From: Ignavibacteriaceae bacterium
GTDB lineage: Bacteria; Bacteroidota; Ignavibacteria; Ignavibacteriales; Ignavibacteriaceae
Assembly (NCBI GenBank): GCA_034522695.1
Contig: JAXHLB010000038.1
Span: forward strand, 104,382 to 168,381
Length of the DNA stretch: 64,000 nucleotides
Reading direction: 5' to 3'
Below, one piece after another: positions 17,756-26,037 of this stretch; position 1 is the first letter of the stretch; every line of letters begins with the position of its first letter. Made by a program: the position numbers and the translations under genes. The notes beneath the pieces were generated by a model. That model was given only the letters and a program-made list of their open reading frames with translations. It ran no database searches and was not told the DNA's origin.

Positions 17756-19834
17756 TTACTTCACATCGAGTCCTATTGATTTAAAGAACGCATCCTGGTT
17801 CGGTTGTCTTCCGAGAAACTCAACAACCATTTCAAGCTCATCTCTTGAACTTCCGTTTGCAAGAATAATATCCCGGTATCTAAGCCCGGTTGTTTTATCC
17901 ATTAATCCATTCTTATCAAAGATTGAAAACATATCATCTGCATAAACCAGCGCCCAGAGATAGCTGTAATAACCTGCAGCATAACCCATCAGATGTCCGA
18001 ATGCTGCAAACATTTGTGTCCCTTCAAGATATGGGTACAAAGTAATTTTATTCTGAAGTTCTTTCATAACCTCAACAACAGGCTGGCTGCTGGTTGGATC
18101 ATATTTATCGTGAAGTGTGAAATCAAGTATTCCGTAATAAACCTGTTGTGTAAATGCAAGTCCTGAGCCAACATTCTTTGCTGCAAGCATCTTGTCAAAC
18201 AATTCCTTTGGAAGAACTTCACCGGTTTTGTAGTGCTTTGCGAAAAGTTTCAGTGATTCGTAATTCCATGTCCAGTTCTCAAAAATCTGTGATGGTGCTT
18301 CGACAAAATCTCTTGATACAGATGTGCCTGACTGAGAAGATAATTTTGTTTTCGTTAGTACACTGTGCAGAACGTGTCCGAACTCGTGGAAGAAAGTTTC
18401 AACATCGCCGTGCGGAAGAAGAGAAGGCATATCTGCAGTCGGTGCCGGGAAGTTGCAGACCAGCGTAGCTGTCGGAAGCTGAGGACCGTTTTCTGTTTCT
18501 TTACTCCCGATCATCGGGAAGCAGGCAGCATGTGAATATTTATTTGGTCTTGGATACAGATCAATGTAAAATCTTGAAATAATTTTTCCATCCTGTTTTA
18601 CGTTGAATAGTCTTACATCTTTGTGCCAAACAGAAGGATCTTTCACTTCTTCATAATCAACACCGAAAAGATTTTGTGTTATCTGAAATAATCCATCAAT
18701 CACATTGTTCGTTTCAAAATATTCTTTAACAAGATTCTGATCGAGCTCATATTTTTCTTTGAGAAGGATATTGTTGTAGTAGCCGGATTCCCATGGCTGA
18801 ATAACATCAATTGTTTCATCGCCAAGTTTTGCTTTCTTAACAGTTAGAAGCTCATCATAATCTATACGTGCTTTTTCTTTAAGCTTATCGACAAGGTTGT
18901 TTTCAAAATCCCAGACCGTCTGCGGAGTTTTTGCCATTCTGTCGCCGGTTCTGTATTCAGCATAAGTTTTAAATCCTAAAAGCTCTGCCATCTGCTGACG
19001 AAGTATCAATACTTTTATCAGCACCTCAGGATTTTTTGCTGACGCCCTGTTATTATATAAAGTATAAAGTTTTTTACGTGCTGATTCGGAGTTGGAGAAT
19101 TTCATAAAAGGAATGTATGACGGATAAGTAAGATCAATTTTGTATGTGCCGTCTTCCTGTCTTCTTGCATTTTTATAATCTTCCTGCAAGCCGTCAATTT
19201 CAGTTTCATCAACAAGAAGGTAATCGCTTACTTCTGCAATATTTTTTTGGAAGAGAATACTCAGGTCGGAAAGCTTATCATTAATTGCTTTCAGTTCATC
19301 TCTTTTCTCTTTTGGAAGAGCAAAGCCATTTCGCTCAAAATCTTCAACTGTCTTTTGAGTGAACCTTGCTTTGTAACCGGTTAAACTTTTTGCTTCGGCT
19401 GTTTCAGAATAATCTTTCACTGCGCGGTAAAGATTTTCATCCAGAGAAATCTCGTTAAAAAATTTTGCGAACTCGGCGTTACTTTCTTCAGCCATATTTC
19501 TTGCCGCATCATCGGGATGAGTGCTGTTCATCAGGTAAACGCAGCCGTAAACATTCCCCGCTTTGTTGTAAATGTTATCGAGCTCGAGCATTGTGTTGTC
19601 GAAAGTTCTCTGCTCTTTAGGAGTCGTGTAAAGTTTTGCAAGTGATTCTCTCGCTTCCTTAATGGAAACATCTGTTGCTTCTTTGATTTGCTCGGCGGTT
19701 AAATCCGAGAACTGAATTATTTCGTTGAACTTTCCGAGCAGCGGATTATTTGAAGATGAATTCTTATCCGCGGCAAGTGAGGGTAGTGTTAGTACAAAAC
19801 AAAAAAGTAAAATGGTGGTTAGTTTGTGTTTCAT
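17756..19834 (-). CDS. M3-family zinc oligopeptidase (Dcp/thimet-like), secreted
   Basis: Signal peptide, the HEFGH motif, and a length of 692 aa typical of M3 peptidases. Confidence 0.85.
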   Translation of the reverse strand: MKHKLTTILLFCFVLTLPSLAADKNSSSNNPLLGKFNEIIQFSDLTAEQIKEATDVSIKEARESLAKLYTTPKEQRTFDNTMLELDNIYNKAGNVYGCVYLMNSTHPDDAARNMAEESNAEFAKFFNEISLDENLYRAVKDYSETAEAKSLTGYKARFTQKTVEDFERNGFALPKEKRDELKAINDKLSDLSILFQKNIAEVSDYLLVDETEIDGLQEDYKNARRQEDGTYKIDLTYPSYIPFMKFSNSESARKKLYTLYNNRASAKNPEVLIKVLILRQQMAELLGFKTYAEYRTGDRMAKTPQTVWDFENNLVDKLKEKARIDYDELLTVKKAKLGDETIDVIQPWESGYYNNILLKEKYELDQNLVKEYFETNNVIDGLFQITQNLFGVDYEEVKDPSVWHKDVRLFNVKQDGKIISRFYIDLYPRPNKYSHAACFPMIGSKETENGPQLPTATLVCNFPAPTADMPSLLPHGDVETFFHEFGHVLHSVLTKTKLSSQSGTSVSRDFVEAPSQIFENWTWNYESLKLFAKHYKTGEVLPKELFDKMLAAKNVGSGLAFTQQVYYGILDFTLHDKYDPTSSQPVVEVMKELQNKITLYPYLEGTQMFAAFGHLMGYAAGYYSYLWALVYADDMFSIFDKNGLMDKTTGLRYRDIILANGSSRDELEMVVEFLGRQPNQDAFFKSIGLDVK

Positions 19835-19962
19835 TTCTTCTCCGGTTTATTCTTAAAAATGATGACAAATTTAAGCATATAAGCGTGAAAGAATGTATTA
19901 AAAAGTGATGATTGGTTATTAGGTTATTTTAAGGCTTCGCAACGAAGAATTTAGTTGTCCTT

Positions 19963-20070
19963 GTCATTGCGAGGAATCCGGCAGCTGCCGGATGACGAAG
20001 CAATCTTTGGTATCAGCGGGGATATTGCTTCGCGGAGTTTATCCCGTTAAATGACGGTACTCGCAATGAC
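19963..20070. repeat. Second copy of the GTCATTGCGAG palindromic REP-like element
   Basis: GTCATTGCGAGGAATCCGGCAGCTGCCGGATGACGAAGCAATC...CTCGCAATGAC. It overlaps the last codons of ORF 20047-20526. Confidence 0.7.
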
Positions 20071-20526
20071 AGACCGAAACAACTCTTCAAGTTTCTTTTC
20101 CCTGAAGCTGAAAATTTCTTTTACTTTCTTTTCAACCAGAAGTGAATTAATCGGTCTGCTCAACGGATCAAACGGAAGTGCGTAGCTGACAATATCTGTC
20201 ATCTCAACTCCGCTTTCTGTTTCTTTAAAATGATGCTGGTGATGCCAGAATTTATACGGACCAAATCTCTGCTCGTCAACAAAATAAAACGGCTCTTTAA
20301 CGTGAGTGATTTCCGTTACCCACGTGTTTGGTATTCCAAGCACCGGATGAACTTTGTAGGCGATTATCATTCCCGCATACATTTTATCCGGAAGCTTGCT
20401 GGTTACTTTAAAGTTAAGCCACTCAGGAGTAATGACTGAAAGATTATTCGGATTAGAGAAAAACTCCCACGCTTCATCAATCCCGATTGGTAAATTCTGA
20501 ACTGTTTTTAATTGATAGATTTTCAT
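20047..20526 (-). CDS. SRPBCC-superfamily (START-like) ligand-binding protein
   Basis: 159 aa with WEFFSNPNNL...ITPEWL...FVDEQRFGPYKFWHHQHHF, characteristic of this small SRPBCC family. Confidence 0.65.
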   Translation of the reverse strand: MKIYQLKTVQNLPIGIDEAWEFFSNPNNLSVITPEWLNFKVTSKLPDKMYAGMIIAYKVHPVLGIPNTWVTEITHVKEPFYFVDEQRFGPYKFWHHQHHFKETESGVEMTDIVSYALPFDPLSRPINSLLVEKKVKEIFSFREKKLEELFRSVIASTVI

Positions 20527-20540
20527 AATTGTGTAAACAA
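20450..20540. repeat. Direct repeat copy A (5' end plus leader of the SRPBCC gene)
   Basis: GGATTAGAGAAAAACTCCCACGCTTCATCAATCCCGATTGGTAAATTCTGAACTGTTTTTAATTGATAGATTTTCATAATTGTGTAAACAAA. By eye about 90% identical to 21430-21520. Confidence 0.85.
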
Positions 20541-20650
20541 AGGATGGAGGGAAATAATTCCGTATCTGAATCGCAGGAATTTGCCAGATCGAATTTATAA
20601 AAAAATAGAAAGAGTGAGTGTTTAATTCGATTTTACTGAACAGGTGGTTA

Positions 20651-21000
20651 TTACTGATTCAGGTTCCGGATTAATTTTTGAATTTTTTCTTTTAATTCCG
20701 GTAAATCTTTTTTTGCTGTTTCCCAGACTACACGGATATTTACTCCAAAATAGTCATGAATCACAAGTCTCTCATTCCACTAATTTCCCGCCACGGGATT
20801 TCTTTAGCTTGATTTTTAATTTCGGCAGGTATTTTCTTGCTTGCTTCCCCAATGATTTCAATTACCCTGATTAATGCGAATTGTGTTTTTTCATCTTTGC
20901 TAAAATCTTCAAATGATATTTCATCTGTGAAGCTGATACCTTTATTTATAGAATCATAAATATCATTCAGATAATCCGAATAATCTCTTTGGCTTTTCAT
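20651..21000 (-). pseudogene. hepT: HepT (DUF86/HEPN) toxin, frameshifted inside the Rx4H motif
   Basis: The track ORF 20761-21000 ends ...ISGMRDL*. The next frame continues (V)IHDYFGVNIRVVWETAKKDLPELKEKIQKLIRNLNQ* to 20651. Confidence 0.7.
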
Positions 21001-21293
21001 ACGGAAATGGATTCATTCAAAATATTCTTGCCAATTTCCGGTCTCAATGAATCTTTCATCACCAGATCAACGTTGAGCTGCAGTGTATCGGAGAGATAAT
21101 TTTTCAATTCCATAAACTTTAATAGCGAGGGTACCTTTGAAAAGGTTATAAGCAAATCCAGGTCGCTATCGATATTTTGCTGCTTTTTGACATAAGAACC
21201 AAACACCTCTATTGAAGAAACCTCATACTTTTTACTGATGTATGGAAGCACTTTCCGAAGTGCTGATAATATTTCATTCAAATCTTTTTTCAT
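20997..21293 (-). CDS. mntA: MntA-type nucleotidyltransferase antitoxin
   Basis: FGSYVKKQQNIDSDLDLLI (GSx10-12SDxD nucleotidyltransferase motif). It has a 4-bp overlap with hepT. Confidence 0.8.
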   Translation of the reverse strand: MKKDLNEILSALRKVLPYISKKYEVSSIEVFGSYVKKQQNIDSDLDLLITFSKVPSLLKFMELKNYLSDTLQLNVDLVMKDSLRPEIGKNILNESISV

Positions 21294-21429
21294 AGATTAA
21301 AAATGCCACATTTAAGTTAATTATTCAACAGTTTAAAACTTATAAAATACTTGCATTTAACCACCACCTCGCTTTACTCTGTAAATTCCAAAAGATATAA
21401 TAGGGAAATGTATTTACCGAAGGTTGTTT

Positions 21430-21520
21430 GGATTAGAGAAAAACTCCCACGCTTCCTCAATCCCAATTGGTAAATTCTGAACTGTTTTTAACTGATAAAT
21501 TTTCATAATGGTTTAAACAA
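21430..21520. repeat. Direct repeat copy B (orphan duplicate of the SRPBCC 5' end)
   Basis: GGATTAGAGAAAAACTCCCACGCTTCCTCAATCCCAATTGGTAAATTCTGAACTGTTTTTAACTGATAAATTTTCATAATGGTTTAAACAAA. Confidence 0.85.
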
Positions 21521-21730
21521 ACCAGCTTGTCAAACAATTCCTTTTCTTCAGGATTCTATAAAATTGCAAGCAAGAAAAATTAACTTCCTGTATTATAACT
21601 GTGTCTCTTTAGCAAAAAAGCCAGTTATTTAGCGACTTTTTGTCAAAAAGCTTTCATTTCTGTAAAAATTTTATTATCTACAAAAACAATTTAAACACGA
21701 TAACCTATAAAACAGGAAAAACGGCGAAAA

Positions 21731-22620
21731 ATGAAAAAAATAGCAGCTTTTGGTGAAATACTGTTCGATATTTACCCGGAATCGAAGAATCTGGGCGGCG
21801 CACCGCTCAATTTCATATACCATATTAATAAGCTGACCGGAAACGGGAGAATAATAAGTCGGGTTGGAAACGATCTGCTAGGACGAGAAGCGATTAAATT
21901 CCTGAGTTCGCAGGGGCTTTCAACCGAAACAATTCAGACCGACACAAAACATCTTACCGGCGCTGCGATGGTTTTGTTAAATGAAAACGGAGTTCCTTCA
22001 TTTACCATTGAAGAGAACCGTGCGTTTGATTTTATTTCTGTTGATGATGATGTAATTAATCTTGTTGAGAATGAAACTGAGTGTTTGTATTTCGGAACGC
22101 TTGCGCAGCGGAACAAGGTCAGCAGAACAACTCTTCAATCTCTTTTAAACAAAGAAATAAAATATTTTTATGATGTGAACATCCGGCAGAATTTTTACAC
22201 CGAAGAAATCCTTTTTCAGTCATTAAAGAATGCAAACGTAGTAAAGCTTAATCTTGATGAATTGAAATTGCTTCACAAAATATTTTTAGATGGAGATTAT
22301 GATATTCACACTCATCATCAAAATTGCTGATGAAAAAATTCGGGATAGATATTCTCGCGGTTACAAAAGGTGCCGCCGGTTCTGTTTTGTTCAAAGGAGA
22401 AGAAACAGATGAGTATAAAACCGAAGTGCAGAATGTAATTGATACTGTCGGCGCAGGCGATGCATTCGCTTCAATATTTTGTATCGGTTATCTAAATAAC
22501 TGGGAGCTGAAAAGAATCAACAGGCTTGCAAACGAATTTGCTTCGGAGATTTGTTTGATAAACGGCGCACTGCCAAAAGATGATAAAATTTATGAGAGAT
22601 ATAAAAAAGAAATTGAGTGA
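21731..22620 (+). pseudogene. PfkB-family fructokinase split by a frameshift at about 22300-22324
   Basis: The N-terminal part reads FGEILFDIYPESKNLGGAPLNF. The C-terminal part reads ILAVTKGAAGS...DTVGAGDAFASIF. The two track ORFs (21731-22330 and 22324-22620) are adjacent frames of one gene. Confidence 0.8.
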
Positions 22621-22639
22621 TGCTAAATAGGTGGGAAAT

Positions 22640-23600
22640 GACTTAGTGTCTCGTATGTTAATAGAAATTAAAATTACAATTTATGTTTACTAATTTTGTT
22701 CATAGTTAAAATGGCTTAAGGAATGGTAGAGCGGTTTGTGTCTAGATACAGCAAACTGATATCGCCACAAAGAAAATACTCACCATTCCTGAAAGCTTCT
22801 TAAAAACTGAACAGTACTTAGAGATTCCATTTACTGGAAATCCCGAATAACAATACGAGAAAAGTTTCCAAAGAAGCGTAAAGCCACAATTTCTAAAAAA
22901 CAATTAAAGGAACTCTTAAATGGAAATCATAAAACAAGTCGTTGGAATAGATGTATCAAAGGATACATTAGCGGTAAGTTACGGTACGGTTAACTTAAAC
23001 CAGGAACATCAAATTACTAAACCAATAACTGTTGATAATAACCAAAAAGGGTTCAAAGAACTTATTTCGTTTGCTAAAAAGAACAAAGCAACATCAAAAG
23101 CACCTCTATATTTTGTTATGGAAGCCACGGGAGTTTATTATGAAAACCTTGCTTACTTTCTAACTGAAAAACACCAGAAAGTAATCGTGGTCCTACCAAA
23201 CAAAACTAAGAACTTTTCAAAAACTCTGGACATCAAATCAAAAACAGATAATCTTGATGCCCAAATGATCACCCAGTTTGCTCTTGAAAGACAAATGCAG
23301 CTTTGGCAACTTCCAAGCCCCGTAATGAAGGCTCTAAAAGCTCTTAGCAGAGAACACCAATCAATTAAAAGTATGGAGCAAGGTAAAGAAAACAAAAGAA
23401 TATAAACCAAAAACAACAGACCAGAACCTACCAAAGAAATAAAAGAAATGAAAAAAATAAAGAATGTAAAGAAAACCGATTTTTGAAAAACAAAATTGAC
23501 AAGATAGAAGGTGTGGGATAGTCTATATTCAAAAATTTTATTCGAAAAACAAAACAACTTGCTAGTTATGATTAGATTGTCAATATCTGAGAAAAATTAT
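22640..23600 (+). mobile_element. IS110-family insertion sequence remnant (truncated transposase plus 5' non-coding region)
   Basis: ORF 22920-23405 has the DEDD/RuvC-like N-terminal domain (VVGIDVSKDTL, FVMEATGVYYENL, KTDNLDAQMI). Downstream frames keep only scraps of the C-terminal domain (IEGVG..., KQLASYD*). The catalytic C-terminal domain is absent. Confidence 0.75.
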
Positions 23601-23858
23601 AAAAAGAAGAATTGTTATATATTAAAAAAAATATAACTTAAGAAGACTTTTTTAAGATACTTATTTATTTAACAATATTTAAGAAGAATATTGATTATAT
23701 ACCAAATTACAATCCGGCTTACGCCGATAACATACGTTGAGTTTTTATTTATAAAATATTTTAATAATACTATTGATTTTAAAGCTTGTGCCATATAACT
23801 GACGGAAGCCATAAGACACAAAGACTCGAAGAATCACCAAGATTAATTCTTAACAAAT

Positions 23859-26021
23859 ATGGAAAATCTACAAAACAAAAAAGGACTCTACATTCAGCTT
23901 TACAGCATTCACGGGCTGATTAGAGGGCACAACCTCGAGCTTGGTCGTGATGCTGATACAGGCGGACAGACAAAGTACGTTCTCGAACTTGCAAAAACAT
24001 TAAGCGAAGATGAACGTGTTGAAAGAGTTGAGCTTGTTACAAGAGAAATAAAAGATAAATCTGTCTCAGCAGATTATTCAGTTCCCGAAGAAAAAATAAA
24101 TGATAAGTTTAGCATCATCAGGGTCAGATGCGGCGGAGGAAAATACATTCGCAAAGAATTGCTATGGAATCATCTTAATGAGTTTGTGGATAAGAGTATC
24201 AAGTATATCAAATCTGTAAAAAGACTCCCCGATATTATCCACAGCCATTATGCCGATGCAGGATATGTTTGCACAGAACTCACGCAGTTTTTTGGAATTC
24301 CGTTTGTGCACACAGGACATTCACTCGGAAGAGATAAGCTGAGAAAACTTTTAAGCGATGGTATGGATCCGGAGGATATTGAAAAGAGATATAAACTAAA
24401 TCACCGAATTGAAGTTGAAGAAAGCATTATCTACCTGGCCAATCTCATTGTAACAAGCACCAAGCAGGAAATAAAAAATCAATACGGTGATTACAAAAAT
24501 TCATCCGAAGAAAAATTCAGAGTTATTCCTCCCGGCGTTGATATTGAGAGATTCTATGCATACAACGAACGTGTTCCGCTTGATGAAGAAAATGCGGAGC
24601 TGATTAAAACGATAAGCAAGAAGCTGCTGAATTTCTTTGTCCATATTGATAAGCCGCTGATACTTACTGTATGCAGACCGGACAAAAGAAAAAATATTTC
24701 CGGATTGATCACTGCTTATGGTGAAGACAAAGAGTTACAGAAGAAAGCTAACCTCGCAATCTTTGCAGGAATAAGAACGGACATTCAGACAATGCCGGAT
24801 AATGAAAGAGAAGTACTCACAGAAATTCTTCTGCTGATGGATAAATATAATCTTTACGGCAAGATGGCAATTCCCAAAAGACATGATACACACACAGAAG
24901 TGCCTGAGCTTTACAGAATTGCCGCAGATACAAAAGGAGTTTTTGTAAACGCAGCACTTACCGAACCTTTCGGGTTAACTTTAATTGAAGCCGCTGCCTG
25001 CGGTGTTCCTGTTGTTGCAACCGATGACGGAGGTCCGAGAGATATTATTAAGAATTGTCAAAATGGATTACTCGTGGATGTAACCGAGACAAAAAATATT
25101 TCTGAGGCGATAAATAAAATTATTGATGATCAAAACCTGTGGAAACAATTTTCGGAGAACGGAATGAAAAACGTGAGAAAACATTATACCTGGAATGCGC
25201 ACGTTGAAACTTACATAGAAGAAATCGGACAGATTGCCGGGACAAGAAAAGATGAAGAAAAAGTTTTTGCTCCTGTCGGCAGAAAACTGCTCAATGCGGA
25301 AAAATTAATTGTGTCGGATATTGACCACACTCTGCTCGGTGATGATAACGCATTAAAAGAATTCATTAAAATTTTGGAGAAGACGGATTCGAAGGTTGGT
25401 TTTGCGGTTGCAACAGGCAGAACAGTTGATTCAGCTTTTTCTGTTCTTAAAGAAAACAAAGTTCCTTACCCGGACATAATTATTTCATCTGTTGGTGCGG
25501 AGATTTATTACAATTACCAGGGCAAACTTATTAATTCAACAGGATGGGACGCTCACATAAAACATCAATGGAACAGGGAAAAAATCAAAAAACTTCTTGA
25601 GGAATTTGATTTCCTACAGTATCAGGAAGAAAGCACACAAAGAAAATTTAAGATAAGCTATTACACATCCGATGTGCCGGAGAATATTCAAAAGGTTAAA
25701 TCCACATTGATAAAAAGCAAAACAAAAGCGAATGTAATTTTCAGTCACGGACAGTATCTTGATATTCTTCCGTACCGTGCATCGAAAGGAAAAGCAATCC
25801 GTTATCTTGCTTACAGGTGGAACATCCCTTATGAAAATATTCTGGTCGCAGGTGATTCCGGCAACGACAGCGAAATGCTCAAGGGTGATCTGCTCGGTGT
25901 TGTGGTTGCCAATTACAGCCCCGAACTGGAGGAGCTGAAAGGACAAAACAGGGTTTACTTCGCGAAAAGAAATTATGCGGGGGGAATTATTGACGGAATT
26001 AAACACTATAATTTTTTATGA
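23859..26021 (+). CDS. sps: Sucrose-phosphate synthase (GT4 domain fused to an SPP-like HAD domain)
   Basis: GLIRGHNLELGRDADTGGQTKYVLELA, EPFGLTLIEAAACGVPVVAT, and a C-terminal HAD-like LIVSDIDHTL...GDSGNDSEML. Confidence 0.85.
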   Translation: MENLQNKKGLYIQLYSIHGLIRGHNLELGRDADTGGQTKYVLELAKTLSEDERVERVELVTREIKDKSVSADYSVPEEKINDKFSIIRVRCGGGKYIRKELLWNHLNEFVDKSIKYIKSVKRLPDIIHSHYADAGYVCTELTQFFGIPFVHTGHSLGRDKLRKLLSDGMDPEDIEKRYKLNHRIEVEESIIYLANLIVTSTKQEIKNQYGDYKNSSEEKFRVIPPGVDIERFYAYNERVPLDEENAELIKTISKKLLNFFVHIDKPLILTVCRPDKRKNISGLITAYGEDKELQKKANLAIFAGIRTDIQTMPDNEREVLTEILLLMDKYNLYGKMAIPKRHDTHTEVPELYRIAADTKGVFVNAALTEPFGLTLIEAAACGVPVVATDDGGPRDIIKNCQNGLLVDVTETKNISEAINKIIDDQNLWKQFSENGMKNVRKHYTWNAHVETYIEEIGQIAGTRKDEEKVFAPVGRKLLNAEKLIVSDIDHTLLGDDNALKEFIKILEKTDSKVGFAVATGRTVDSAFSVLKENKVPYPDIIISSVGAEIYYNYQGKLINSTGWDAHIKHQWNREKIKKLLEEFDFLQYQEESTQRKFKISYYTSDVPENIQKVKSTLIKSKTKANVIFSHGQYLDILPYRASKGKAIRYLAYRWNIPYENILVAGDSGNDSEMLKGDLLGVVVANYSPELEELKGQNRVYFAKRNYAGGIIDGIKHYNFL

Positions 26022-26037
26022 ATAACAGGACAGAGCA

